From Nitrosopumilaceae archaeon (GTDB lineage Archaea; Thermoproteota; Nitrososphaeria; Nitrososphaerales; Nitrosopumilaceae), in NCBI GenBank assembly GCA_965214835.1, contig CBDCCK010000002.1, positions 1,344,001-1,408,000 of the forward strand: a DNA stretch of 64,000 bases, given 5' to 3'. Below the pieces are notes generated by a model, which saw only the letters and a list, made by a program, of their open reading frames with translations, had not been told where the DNA came from and did not search any database. How positions within the stretch are numbered: the stretch's first letter is position 1; each line of letters opens with the position of its first letter. Made by a program: the position numbers and the translations under genes. Positions 9,741 to 19,840 of the stretch are shown one piece after another.

Positions 9741-10271
9741 ATGACTATAAAGGATCTGATTACACCGCAAAACGCCAACGTGTTTGTAGGCAAGCTGGGG
9801 GACATTTTGGAGCGGGCAATCGACAAGCCGCTGGGCTATGCCATCAACTGGGGCAGGATCTGGTCTCTGTGGCCGGTTCATATAGAGACTGCATGCTGCA
9901 GCGTGGAGTTTGGCGCAGCATCAAGTCCTAGGTACGACGTTGAGAGGTTTGGAATCATCGAGGCGTTCGGCTCCCTGAGGCAGTGCGACCTGATAGTCGT
10001 CCAGGGGACCATTACGAGAAAGATGGCCCCGCGGCTCAGACTCGTCTATGATCAGATGCCCGAGCCCAAGTACGTTATTGCCATGGGCGCCTGCGCGATA
10101 ACCGGCGGCCTGTACTTTGACTCGTACAACGTGCTGCCCGGAATCGACGGGGTCATCCCGGTGGACGTATACGTGCCGGGATGCCCGCCCAGGCCCGAGA
10201 CCCTCATCCAGGGCTGCATGCTGCTGCAAGAAAAGATCAAGAGGATGAAGGCCAGAAAGCTTTCGGTCTGA
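9741..10271 (+). CDS. nuoB: NADH-quinone oxidoreductase subunit B
   Basis: TACCSVE, MGACA, VPGCPPRPE. Confidence 0.95.
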   Translation: MTIKDLITPQNANVFVGKLGDILERAIDKPLGYAINWGRIWSLWPVHIETACCSVEFGAASSPRYDVERFGIIEAFGSLRQCDLIVVQGTITRKMAPRLRLVYDQMPEPKYVIAMGACAITGGLYFDSYNVLPGIDGVIPVDVYVPGCPPRPETLIQGCMLLQEKIKRMKARKLSV

Positions 10272-10520
10272 CCAGTCAAACCGTCACCGCCTGTGGAAGG
10301 ACGGGGGTTGTCGCATAACTCCCAGTACTTTGCCGGATATCAGCAGATGTGAGGCGCCGATGCAGGCCTTCTCTGCCAGAGAAGCAACAGACGCGATCAG
10401 GAAAAACGACCCAAAATGGATGGAGAGGGACACAGATGACTAGCGAACCTGATTTTCATATAAGACAACAAACCAGCTCAAGACAAAATAATAAATACCC
10501 ATAAAAAATTGTGACATTAA

Positions 10521-11768
10521 TTGAACAGTAAAATTTTAATCGCGATTGCGGCAATCCTCGTAGCAGCCGGCGGCATATCGTATGCCATGACGCTGGGCGG
10601 CCCGGCCGACCAGCCCACTGAGGCAATGCCTAAAGTCGTAGATATTTTGGATATTGGCGTGCTGCTTCCGGCAACGGGAGACCTGTCAAGCCACGGCCAG
10701 GACAACCATGTTGCCACAAAGCTGGCACTGGAGGACTTTAACGAATACCTGGAATCAAAGGACGCCGACTGGCGCATGAACCTGGTGATTGAGGACACCC
10801 AGACCGATCCGATTATCGCGCTAGAGAAGATCCAGTCGCTAAACGCCAAGGGGGTAAACCTCATACTTGGCACGCAGACAAGTGCCGAGCTGCGCAACGT
10901 AAAGTCCTATGCCGACTCTAACTCGCTAATACTTGTATCGCCCTCATCCACGTCCCCCAAGCTTGCATTTGACGACTCTATATTCCGCCTAGTGCCTGAC
11001 GACACCAAGCAAAGCAAGGCCCTTGCCAGGCTCTTGGATCATCACCAAATCAAGGTCGTGATTCCCGTGTATAGGGCAGACGTGTGGGGAGACGGACTGT
11101 ACGAGGCCACCAAAGACTCTTTTGAGTCAATTGGCGGCATGGTCGATTCGGGACTGAGGTACTCGCCTGAGGTAACGGTATTTTCAACCGAGGCAAGCCT
11201 GCTCTCTGATACGGTGGACTCGTATCTGAGCCAGGGATATGCCAAGGACGATGTTGCCGTCTTGATGATTGGATTTGCAGAGGTCGTCCACTTTATGAAT
11301 TCTGCCAGCTCTTATGATAATCTGTCAGAGGTCAGATGGTTTGGCTCTGATGCCTCCTCCAACGATGACTCGATAACCGATGATCCAATATCCTCGGCAT
11401 TTGCCCAAGAGACGGGGTTTTTGGCAACCCAGTTTTCGGCATCTGATAATGAAACATTTGAACGCGTAAAGGCACATGTAAAACAGCAGATAGGCTCCGA
11501 TCCGTCAAACTATGCCTATTCCTCGTATGACAGCCTGTGGATTCTGGGACTGACCGTAGAGCAGGCGGGATCCGGCGATACGGAGGACGTTTTGAATAAC
11601 ATAGTGTCCGTCGCATCCGATTACGAGGGCGCAATTGGTGATGTGGAACTAAACGAGTATGGGGATTTGGCCATATCCGATTATGAGTTGTGGGCCGTAG
11701 GCGGCGACGGCATGTGGCAGACGGTTGGGCGCTACATGTCAGACTCTGATAGCATAGTTATACGTTGA
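10521..11768 (+). CDS. livK: Liv/HAAT-type ABC transporter substrate-binding protein
   Basis: N-terminal anchor, IGVLLPATG, SPSSTSPKL, FRLVPDD, YSSYD. Confidence 0.85.
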   Translation: MNSKILIAIAAILVAAGGISYAMTLGGPADQPTEAMPKVVDILDIGVLLPATGDLSSHGQDNHVATKLALEDFNEYLESKDADWRMNLVIEDTQTDPIIALEKIQSLNAKGVNLILGTQTSAELRNVKSYADSNSLILVSPSSTSPKLAFDDSIFRLVPDDTKQSKALARLLDHHQIKVVIPVYRADVWGDGLYEATKDSFESIGGMVDSGLRYSPEVTVFSTEASLLSDTVDSYLSQGYAKDDVAVLMIGFAEVVHFMNSASSYDNLSEVRWFGSDASSNDDSITDDPISSAFAQETGFLATQFSASDNETFERVKAHVKQQIGSDPSNYAYSSYDSLWILGLTVEQAGSGDTEDVLNNIVSVASDYEGAIGDVELNEYGDLAISDYELWAVGGDGMWQTVGRYMSDSDSIVIR

Positions 11769-12511
11769 GTCTCTTATCTGTAAACTCTGTCACAAAGTCA
11801 TTTGGCGGAAACAGGGCAGTAGACGACGTTACGCTGGATATCATACCAAACAGGATAAACCTGCTGATCGGCTCCAACGGCTGCGGCAAGACGACGCTGG
11901 TCAACGCGATATCGGGCAACACCAAGGTCGATTCGGGGAGCATAATATACCGCGGAGACGACATTACGCAAAAAAGCATCCACTACAGATTCAGCGTGGG
12001 CATAACCAGGACGTACCAGACCCCGAGGCTCTTCTCCAACCTGTCGGTCCTGGAGAACCTCATGATGGCGCACCGTAACGAGGGCGAGTCGTTCGGATCC
12101 GCACTGCTCTTGAGGCACAAAGGCCAGGAGGACGCAATAAGGAAAAAGGCACTTGACGTCCTGGACTCGCTTGACCTGTCAGGCCTGCAAAACAGACTGG
12201 CATATGATCTCAGCGGGGGCCAGATCAAGCTGTTGGAGATTGCAAAGACCATGATGGGCTCCCCCGGAACAGTGTTGCTTGACGAGCCGATAGCCGGCAT
12301 AGCGCCCAAGCTTGCACACAGAATATTTGGGATAATATCCAAAGTATGCAGGGATCAGGGCACCACCTTTCTGATCATAGAGCACAGGCTGGATATCGCA
12401 CTGCGGTATGCAGACTGGGTATTTGTCATGAACCAGGGCAAGATAATCGCACAGGACTATCCTGACAAGATACTGCACAACAAGACGGTAATAGACTCGT
12501 ACCTGAGGTAA
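11765..12511 (+). CDS. livG: Liv-type ABC ATP-binding protein
   Basis: KSFGG, GSNGCGKT, RTYQ, LSGGQ, LLDEP, EH. Confidence 0.88.
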   Translation: MSLLSVNSVTKSFGGNRAVDDVTLDIIPNRINLLIGSNGCGKTTLVNAISGNTKVDSGSIIYRGDDITQKSIHYRFSVGITRTYQTPRLFSNLSVLENLMMAHRNEGESFGSALLLRHKGQEDAIRKKALDVLDSLDLSGLQNRLAYDLSGGQIKLLEIAKTMMGSPGTVLLDEPIAGIAPKLAHRIFGIISKVCRDQGTTFLIIEHRLDIALRYADWVFVMNQGKIIAQDYPDKILHNKTVIDSYLR

Positions 12512-12518
12512 GTCGCTC

Positions 12519-13205
12519 CTGGCAGTTTCAATAAAGTCCCTGCACTGCGGATATGGAAAGAACCATGTCATACACGACGTTGATTTTTCTGCAGAAAACC
12601 AAATCACCGCGATTGTAGGCGCAAACGGCTCGGGCAAAAGCACGCTGCTCAAGTCAATATGCGGCCTGTGTGACGTGTATGGCGGGACAATCCGCATTGG
12701 CAAAAGAGACATTACAAAAGTCCCGACGCACAAGATAATCCACCTCGGCGTCTCATACATGGCTCAGACAAACAACGTGTTCCCAAACCTCAGCATACGC
12801 GAAAACCTGGTCGCGTCAGGCTCCGACCCCGATGCCGCCTTTAAGCTGTTCCCCGCGCTGCGCGCACACAAGAAAAAAAAGGCAAGCCAGCTCAGCGGGG
12901 GCCTGCGGCAGCTGCTGGCAATGGCAATGATAGTCTCAAAAAGGCCCCGGGTGATACTCTTTGACGAGCCGACTGCCAGCCTGTCACCCAAGAACGCACA
13001 CGCAATACTGGAGAACATACGCAGCATACAAAAAAAACTGGACAACTGCATCATACTGGTGGAGCAAAACGTGCACGGCGCACTGGAGTACAGCGACAAG
13101 GTATACCTCATGGCATCGGGGGCCGTCGTGTACTCGGGCGATCCGAAAAAGCTGTCCTCTGACTCGGATCTCGGCAAGAAATACCTGGGGCTGGATGTGA
13201 AATGA
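12519..13205 (+). CDS. livF: Liv-type ABC ATP-binding protein (probable CTG start)
   Basis: Walker A GANGSGKS lies upstream of the listed GTG 12675; in-frame TGA at 12504; LSGG, FDEP, VEQN. Confidence 0.85.
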   Translation: MAVSIKSLHCGYGKNHVIHDVDFSAENQITAIVGANGSGKSTLLKSICGLCDVYGGTIRIGKRDITKVPTHKIIHLGVSYMAQTNNVFPNLSIRENLVASGSDPDAAFKLFPALRAHKKKKASQLSGGLRQLLAMAMIVSKRPRVILFDEPTASLSPKNAHAILENIRSIQKKLDNCIILVEQNVHGALEYSDKVYLMASGAVVYSGDPKKLSSDSDLGKKYLGLDVK

Positions 13206-14104
13206 CGGTATTGCTGGTCGATGCAGTAATCTACGCATGCGTCCTGTCGGTTCTGTGCGTGGGCCTCACGCTGACGTACAAGATCACAAACGTGCCGAAC
13301 TTTGCACACACCACGTTTGCGGTGCTTGGAATGTACATGGCGCTGGTTACGACCAAGATGTTTGGCTCCACGCCGTACCTGGCAATCCCGCTTGCCTTTG
13401 TCCTGTCGGGTGCCACGGCGCTGTTCCTGTATTACTTTATAATCCGCACGCTGCAGAACAAAAAGGCCTCGTACCTGTCGCTGATCATATCCACGCTGTC
13501 CTTTGATATCTTCATGATCGGAGTCCTCAACATCGTAGCAGACTATATGACAAACGAGCTCCAGATTACCTCTCGTGAGTTTACGCTGAGAAGCTTTGAC
13601 TGGATTGTCATGGACGTGCCGATGGTGCTGCTTGTCTCCTGCGCGGTGCTGGCCTGCGTGGTCCTCGGGCTGTACTACCTGCTGTACTTTACAAAGTTCG
13701 GCATATCCATGAGGGCCACAATAGACAACCCCACGCTTGCATCGGCGTTTGGAATCAACACGAACAGGATCTTTTGCACGTCCTGGTTCCTGTCTGGCGC
13801 CATGGGCGGCATAGCCGGGGTCCTGATGTCCGTGTGGTTTCAGGGGGATCCAAGCCTGTCGGCCATAATGATTCCAAGCGTGTTTGCAGGCAGCATAGTC
13901 GGGGGCTTTTCTAGCATATATGGCGCGATACTTGGCGGAATAGTAATCGGAATATCTGAAATACTGGGCACCAGCTACCTTGCGTCCGTGCTCGGGTACT
14001 GGGTAGTGCCGTACAGGCCGATCATCCCGTTTTTGTTCATCATCGCAACGCTGCTGGTATCACCAAAGGGCATATCCAGCATAATACACAGGATCAGGGA
14101 GTAG
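13202..14104 (+). CDS. livH: Liv-type ABC permease
   Basis: GLTL...NFAH, TKFGISMRA, GGFSSIYG. Confidence 0.87.
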   Translation: MTVLLVDAVIYACVLSVLCVGLTLTYKITNVPNFAHTTFAVLGMYMALVTTKMFGSTPYLAIPLAFVLSGATALFLYYFIIRTLQNKKASYLSLIISTLSFDIFMIGVLNIVADYMTNELQITSREFTLRSFDWIVMDVPMVLLVSCAVLACVVLGLYYLLYFTKFGISMRATIDNPTLASAFGINTNRIFCTSWFLSGAMGGIAGVLMSVWFQGDPSLSAIMIPSVFAGSIVGGFSSIYGAILGGIVIGISEILGTSYLASVLGYWVVPYRPIIPFLFIIATLLVSPKGISSIIHRIRE

Positions 14105-14111
14105 GAGTGGC

Positions 14112-15113
14112 ATGCTGGGCTCGGAGATAATATTCTTTGCAGACCTGATTGCGATATTTTCAATATACCTGGTAATCAACTCCAGCCTGAACCTGGAGTT
14201 CGGCTTTGCGGGGATTCCGAACTTTGGCAAGGTACTGGCGGTGGCAGCCGGCGCCTTTGTCATGGCCATAGTTCCAGCGTACATCTATGGCATGCTGCTT
14301 GACATCGATGCAGATCCGATAGAGGACAACTTTGAGGTAATACACCAGATAAACTCCCACGTGGCCGCGCATCCGGAGACCGCGGCACTCGTGTTTGGGG
14401 CGACAGTTGCCATTGCAATGGCTGTGGGAACGGTGCTAGGTGCCGTATCTGCATATCCTGCAATCAGGCTGCGGGGGGACTATCTGGCAATCACGCTTTT
14501 GGCATTCGGCGAGATAATCAGGATCGTGGGCATGAACCACGAGGGGCTGGTCGGGGGCACCCTCGGCGTGGCAGTGCCGGACTTTGCATCCTTTGTCGCA
14601 GACGAGTACAGGTTCCTGGCGTACAGCCTGTTTTTGCTGGGCGTTGCCATAACCGTGTACTGTGTTGTGCACAGGTTTACGGGCTCCCCGGTGGGGCGCC
14701 TGCTCCGGGCGGTACGGGACGACGAGACTGCACTGCAGTCGCTGGGCAGGGACACCGTACAGATAAAGATAAAGACGCTGATGCTTGCAGGCCTCATCGG
14801 CGCCCTGGGGGGCCTGCTTTACGCGTCATATGTGGAGGGGGTTGTGGCCTTTGGGTACAACAGGCTGAACTGGACGTTTCTGCCCTTTGTCATGGTAATC
14901 GTCGGCGGCATGGCAAACAACAAGGGGATGCTTGTGGGCACGCTGGTCTTCGTCGTGATCAGAAAGCTGATCATATTTTATAACGACTCGTTTTCGGGGT
15001 TTCTGCCCTTTGATATAATATGGCTTGACTATCTGCTGCTGGGGGGCATAATGATCATAGTGCTGATGTTCAGGCCGCGGGGAATAATACCTGAAAGGCC
15101 GGGGCGGGGCTGA
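14112..15113 (+). CDS. livM: Liv-type ABC permease
   Basis: LRGDYLAITLLAFGEIIR, GRLLRAVRDDE, RPRGI. Confidence 0.87.
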   Translation: MLGSEIIFFADLIAIFSIYLVINSSLNLEFGFAGIPNFGKVLAVAAGAFVMAIVPAYIYGMLLDIDADPIEDNFEVIHQINSHVAAHPETAALVFGATVAIAMAVGTVLGAVSAYPAIRLRGDYLAITLLAFGEIIRIVGMNHEGLVGGTLGVAVPDFASFVADEYRFLAYSLFLLGVAITVYCVVHRFTGSPVGRLLRAVRDDETALQSLGRDTVQIKIKTLMLAGLIGALGGLLYASYVEGVVAFGYNRLNWTFLPFVMVIVGGMANNKGMLVGTLVFVVIRKLIIFYNDSFSGFLPFDIIWLDYLLLGGIMIIVLMFRPRGIIPERPGRG

Positions 15114-15260
15114 GTCTGGGGCGCCGACCGGCAGGCACGCGGCACGGCAGGCGGCCCTGCCCCAGTTGATGGTGCAAGCCACCGGAATCCCCCCGATCAG
15201 CTTCACGCCTAAAAACCTAAAATAACGGCTAAAATGACTGGTGGCTAGGAAGACTGCGTA

Positions 15261-16112
15261 ATGAGTTCATCTGATCATGCTAAAGAAACCGAAACTAAAC
15301 CCGAATCCAAGCCTGCACCCGAATCCAAGCCTGAAGCTAAACCCGAGACTAAACCCGAATCCAAGCCTGCACCCGAATCCAAGCCTGAAGCTAAACCCGA
15401 GACTAAACCCGAGACTAAACCCGAGACTAAACCCGAGACTAAACCCGAGACTAAACCCGAGACTAAACCCGAGACTAAACCCGAGACTAAACCCGAGACT
15501 AAACCCGAGACTAAACCCGAGACTAAACCCGAGACTAAACCCGAGACTAAACCCGCAGCAAAACCGGAAACTCCTGCCAAGCCTCCACCCAAGCCTGCAA
15601 AGGAGGAAGAAAAGCCGCTTCCGGAATTTGAAAAAGGACTGTCAGAGAAGGTCGTTTCCCGATTCGGGGAAAGGGTAGAGGTACGCTTTGTAAAGCCTAA
15701 CCGGGTTGGCCTAAAGGCGGCACGCCAGGACGTCAAGGAGGTCGCCCAATATCTTCGTGACGAGCTAAATTTTGATCATGCAGAATCCGTCACCGGCGTT
15801 GACTATCCACAAGGCAAAGAGATTGAGGTCGTGTACCATCTGGGCTCTTATACCGACGATTCCCTGTCCGGGCAGGTTCTGGAATTGGCTACTAGGGCCC
15901 CCAGAGAGGAGGTTCCAAGTCCCGGAAAAGACTCGACGACCCTACCAAGCCTCAGGGAGGTCTTTTACAGCGTAGAGTTCCACGAGAGGGAATGTTTTGA
16001 AATGTTGGGCGTGTTTTTTGAGGGCCATCCAGACAACAGGAGGCTGCTCCTGCCCGAGGACTGGGCAGACCTGCCGCCTCTGAGAAAGGACTTTGCAATC
16101 AAGGGAAGATAA
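15261..16112 (+). CDS. nuoC: NADH-quinone oxidoreductase subunit C with repetitive N-terminal extension
   Basis: HERECFEMLGVFFEGHP...PLRKDF. Confidence 0.93.
   Translation: MSSSDHAKETETKPESKPAPESKPEAKPETKPESKPAPESKPEAKPETKPETKPETKPETKPETKPETKPETKPETKPETKPETKPETKPETKPETKPAAKPETPAKPPPKPAKEEEKPLPEFEKGLSEKVVSRFGERVEVRFVKPNRVGLKAARQDVKEVAQYLRDELNFDHAESVTGVDYPQGKEIEVVYHLGSYTDDSLSGQVLELATRAPREEVPSPGKDSTTLPSLREVFYSVEFHERECFEMLGVFFEGHPDNRRLLLPEDWADLPPLRKDFAIKGR
15297..15548 (+). repeat. coding VNTR: 2 x 54 bp, overlapping 13 x 12 bp (KPET)
   Basis: AAACCCGAGACT x13 at 15393-15548; 54-bp unit at 15297-15350 and 15351-15404. Confidence 0.95.
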
Positions 16113-16113
16113 G

Positions 16114-17247
16114 ATGACAGCCCAGCTACCACCAGGACTTGCACTTGAAAAAGTAGACGAGAGAATCATGACACTCAACGTCGGGCCGCAGCATCCTGGT
16201 TCTGGCCACATGAGGATCATTGTACAGATTGACGGCGACTATATCGTAGCATGCGATCCCGACCCGGGATACGTCCATCGCGGGGAGGAAAAAATGGCCG
16301 AGTACAGAAACTATATCACAAACATCCCGCACCTGGAGAGGCCGGTAATCCACGACTCCTGCAACGTGCTGTACCCCTACTGCCTGGGCGCCGAGGATCT
16401 CCTGGGAATCGAGGTTCCCGAGCGAGCAAAGTATGTCCGGGTTATCGCATCAGAGCTGAACCGCTGCGTCTACATCCTGTACTGGCTTGCAATATACGGG
16501 ATCTTCCTGGGACACTCTACGATGTTCATGTGGCCTGCCGGGGACAGGGAGTTTCTGATTGATCTCCTGGAGAAAATATCCGGCGCAAGGGTCACCCATG
16601 CATACTTTGTTCCAGGCGGCGTCAGAAACGATCTTCCGGCAAACTTTGAGGACGTATGCCTGAGACAAATCAGCTACTTTGAGAAGCGCATCAGGGAATA
16701 TGCAGACATCTTCTATGACAACCCGATATTGATCTCCAGAACCGAGAATACCGGCGTCCTCTCCAGGCAGGACGCCATCCGGCTCGGGACTACAGGCTCT
16801 GTACTGCGCGCAAGCGGCGTTGACTTTGATCTCCGAAAAAAGGAGCCCTATGACGCATACGAAGAGATGGACTTTGTCACCCCCGTGCTCAAGCAGGGCG
16901 ACTCTTACGCAAGATCCAAGATCCCGTGGCTTGACATGCTGGAGAGCTGCAGGATCATCAGGCAGGCACTGCAAAAGATGCCAAAATCCGGCTCTGTACG
17001 CGTAAAGCTAAAGCCAAACCCAAAGGGGGAGCTCGGCTCCGTCTACCGGCGCGTAGAGTCAGGACGCGGCTCGCTGGGCGCCTATATCGTCTCTGACAAA
17101 AAGGCAGAGCCATACCGGGTAAAGCTCAGCGTCGGCTCCTTTAGGAACCTCATTGCAATGCCGTATCTCCTCAAGGGCGAAAAGCTTGGCAACATGCCCT
17201 CGGTTTACTGGAGCCTGAACTACTGGCCGGTGGAGGCAGACAGATAG
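16114..17247 (+). CDS. nuoD: NADH-quinone oxidoreductase subunit D
   Basis: GPQHP, GYVHRGEEK, C-terminal EADR. Confidence 0.95.
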   Translation: MTAQLPPGLALEKVDERIMTLNVGPQHPGSGHMRIIVQIDGDYIVACDPDPGYVHRGEEKMAEYRNYITNIPHLERPVIHDSCNVLYPYCLGAEDLLGIEVPERAKYVRVIASELNRCVYILYWLAIYGIFLGHSTMFMWPAGDREFLIDLLEKISGARVTHAYFVPGGVRNDLPANFEDVCLRQISYFEKRIREYADIFYDNPILISRTENTGVLSRQDAIRLGTTGSVLRASGVDFDLRKKEPYDAYEEMDFVTPVLKQGDSYARSKIPWLDMLESCRIIRQALQKMPKSGSVRVKLKPNPKGELGSVYRRVESGRGSLGAYIVSDKKAEPYRVKLSVGSFRNLIAMPYLLKGEKLGNMPSVYWSLNYWPVEADR

Positions 17248-18549
17248 ATGTCAATCATCGCGCCAAGGTTCAGCCTGGGATACTTTCTAAAGTCCATACT
17301 TGACAACCTGTTTTGGGTCATACTTGTCGTATCACTGATCGGAATCCCGGCAATCCAGGTGGCACTGATCTACATGGAGCTGCCAGTCGTCGGCGGCGAG
17401 CTGGTCTCCCCGTTCCTTGCATTTACGCTGATATCGGATCCGTCCAGGGCGGTTCCGCTGCTCAAGGCAATCATAGAGTCTGACTTTTTCAGGATCGCCG
17501 CGTTCCCCGGATTCGGCTTTGCGGCACTGCTGGCAGCAGGTACCATCTTTGTGGAAAGAAAGATGCTGGCAAAACTGCAGCTCAGGGTGGGGCCCTTTTA
17601 CTGCGGAAAGATCGAGGGCATCTTGCAGCTGATGGGAGACGGCCTAAAGCTGGTCTCCAAGGAGATCATCATCCCCGCCAAGGCAGACAAGCCGATCTTC
17701 TGGACGGCCCCGCTGATGTTTGTAGGTACTGCCGCGGCATTTACCGCACTAATACCTGTCGCCCCCGGCGGCTGGGTGGTCGCAGACCTTGATGTCGGAC
17801 TCCTTGCGGTCTTTGCCATCATTGGGTTCTTCCCGATTATAACAGTCCTGTCTGCGTGGTCTGCAAACAGCAAGTTCCCCTTCATCGGGGGGATCAGGGC
17901 GCTCCACCAGATGGTCTCCTTTGAAATCCCGCTGATACTGTCGCTCTTGGGCGTAGTCATAGTCACGGGAACGCTGAACCTCACCGAGATTGTGCAAAGC
18001 CAGTCCTTTATCCCGTGGATTGTATTTCTGCCGATAGGCGCAATAGTGTTCTTTATAACGATGCTTGCCGAGCTTGAGAGGATCCCCTTTGACCTGCCGG
18101 AGGCAGAAAGCGAGATCGTGGCAGGATGGCTGACAGAGTTCTCCGGCATGATGTACGGCCTAGTCCAGCTTGGAACCTATCTAAAGCTGTACGCGTTTGC
18201 GGCGCTGTTTGTCGTCCTGTTCCTGGGCGGCTGGCAGGGGCCGATGCTGTGGCCGCCGTTCCCCGAGGAGATAATCACCGACGGCATCGAGGCGGGCCCT
18301 GTAACCGTAATAATCCCGGGCCTGCCCGTAGTCAGTCAGGAGATGATCAACGGCACAATCTGGTTTGTGCTCAAGACGGTGGGGGTAATCTTCTTCATAC
18401 TGCTGCCAAGAGGCGTATTCCCGAGAATCAGGATCGACATGCTGCTGCAGCTGGGCTGGTTCAAGCTGATCGGCCTGGCGTTTGTTAACATGTTTATAGC
18501 ACTCGGATTGCTGTACGCTGGAGTCATAGGACCGGGAGGGATGATCTGA
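17248..18549 (+). CDS. nuoH: NADH-quinone oxidoreductase subunit H
   Basis: ERK...QLRVGP, PFDLPEAESE, PRIRID. Confidence 0.95.
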   Translation: MSIIAPRFSLGYFLKSILDNLFWVILVVSLIGIPAIQVALIYMELPVVGGELVSPFLAFTLISDPSRAVPLLKAIIESDFFRIAAFPGFGFAALLAAGTIFVERKMLAKLQLRVGPFYCGKIEGILQLMGDGLKLVSKEIIIPAKADKPIFWTAPLMFVGTAAAFTALIPVAPGGWVVADLDVGLLAVFAIIGFFPIITVLSAWSANSKFPFIGGIRALHQMVSFEIPLILSLLGVVIVTGTLNLTEIVQSQSFIPWIVFLPIGAIVFFITMLAELERIPFDLPEAESEIVAGWLTEFSGMMYGLVQLGTYLKLYAFAALFVVLFLGGWQGPMLWPPFPEEIITDGIEAGPVTVIIPGLPVVSQEMINGTIWFVLKTVGVIFFILLPRGVFPRIRIDMLLQLGWFKLIGLAFVNMFIALGLLYAGVIGPGGMI

Positions 18550-19046
18550 TGGGAACGGCAACGGGAATTATCAAGGCGCTCAACTCCGGGATCAAGCACC
18601 TGGCAGTCAAGCGGTTCACGCTGAGATACCCCGAGGAGAAGCTAAAGTTTGTAGGGGACGGATACCAGTTTGATCCGACCACCGGCGTGGGCATTGCAGG
18701 CCTCAAGGGAAGGCACATGCTGTTCCACGACCACTGCACAGGATGCTCGCTCTGCTCTATTGCGTGCGAGGGCGTGGCCGAGGCAATCGGGATGGTCAAG
18801 GTGCCAGAAAAGTGGGGCCAAAACAAGAAATCAATCATGCCACAGATTGATTATGGAAAGTGCGTCTTCTGCGGGCTGTGTGTTGACGCATGCCCGTTTT
18901 ACGCGCTATACATGAGCAACGACTATGAACTGTCCTCATTCACAAAGGAGGGGCTGATCTACACGCCTGCCCAGCTGCAGGTAAAGCCGAACCTTTCACA
19001 GGACGTGGAAATCAAGATAGATGACAGGGGTGCATCCCATGGCTGA
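18549..19046 (+). CDS. nuoI: NADH-quinone oxidoreductase subunit I
   Basis: Two CxxCxxCxxxC 4Fe-4S motifs. Confidence 0.95.
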   Translation: MGTATGIIKALNSGIKHLAVKRFTLRYPEEKLKFVGDGYQFDPTTGVGIAGLKGRHMLFHDHCTGCSLCSIACEGVAEAIGMVKVPEKWGQNKKSIMPQIDYGKCVFCGLCVDACPFYALYMSNDYELSSFTKEGLIYTPAQLQVKPNLSQDVEIKIDDRGASHG

Positions 19047-19554
19047 TGCGGCGTTTCTGGCGCTGTCCGTCCTTACAATCGGCTCTGCCATAGCCGCACT
19101 CGAGCTGCGCTCGCTCATTTACGGCTCAATCGCACTGATGGGAACCCTGGGAGGCATTGCGGGATTCTTCCTGCTGCTTGACTCCCCCTTTGTAGCAATG
19201 TTTCAGATTGCCGTATACGTCGGCTCCATTGCCGTACTGATTCTGTTTACCGTCATGCTGGTAAAGCGCGAGCTGATCTTCAAGAAGATCGAGGACAGGC
19301 GGAGAAAGTTTGCCGGACTCGGCCTGATGCTGGTCTTCATGGTGTCCCTGGGCGCCGTCATACTGGACTCGGGAATCAAGACCGTCACGACCGACGAGCC
19401 GCCCGTTGACTTTAGGGAGATCGGCGTCGACTTTTTGACCTACTACTGGCCCGCACTGATTCTGATGTCCCTGATACTGGCCGCATCCGTAATCGGCGCA
19501 CTGGTACTTGCTAGAAGAGAGGAGGAGATAGAGACTGGTCAACGAGCTGACTGA
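19039..19554 (+). CDS. nuoJ: NADH-quinone oxidoreductase subunit J
   Basis: QIAVYVGSIAVLILF; operon position. Confidence 0.92.
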   Translation: MADAAFLALSVLTIGSAIAALELRSLIYGSIALMGTLGGIAGFFLLLDSPFVAMFQIAVYVGSIAVLILFTVMLVKRELIFKKIEDRRRKFAGLGLMLVFMVSLGAVILDSGIKTVTTDEPPVDFREIGVDFLTYYWPALILMSLILAASVIGALVLARREEEIETGQRAD

Positions 19555-19840
19555 CTTTGTCATCGTCTCAATAGCCCTTCTGGGAATCGGAATCTACGGG
19601 CTGTCCGTCAAGCGCAATGCAATCAGGATGCTGTTTGCAGTCGAGATCATAATCAACGCGGCAAACCTCAACCTGGTCGCCTTTGGACGGTTTCTGCCAC
19701 ACAGCGGGGGGCAGACCATGGCGCTGTTCTCAATCGCAATCGCCGCAGCAGAGGTCGCCGTGGGACTCTCGCTGATTATTGTCGCCTACAGGATGTACAA
19801 GAATGTCGACATTGCCGAGTTCAGGAGCCTGAAGGGATAA
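19535..19840 (+). CDS. nuoK: NADH-quinone oxidoreductase subunit K (probable CTG start)
   Basis: First helix and KRNAIRML lie upstream of ATG 19628; in-frame TAG at 19529; AAAEVAVGL; 101 aa from CTG. Confidence 0.9.
   Translation: MVNELTDFVIVSIALLGIGIYGLSVKRNAIRMLFAVEIIINAANLNLVAFGRFLPHSGGQTMALFSIAIAAAEVAVGLSLIIVAYRMYKNVDIAEFRSLKG

Noticed and set aside
10271-15256. Transposon ends around the Liv cassette (ACCAGTCA/TGACTGGT)
   Set aside because: Only 8 bp, with no target duplication or transposase; could be chance.
15275-15736. (SGLV)n and (NPRL)n repeat proteins
   Set aside because: Alternative-frame shadows of the nuoC repeat.
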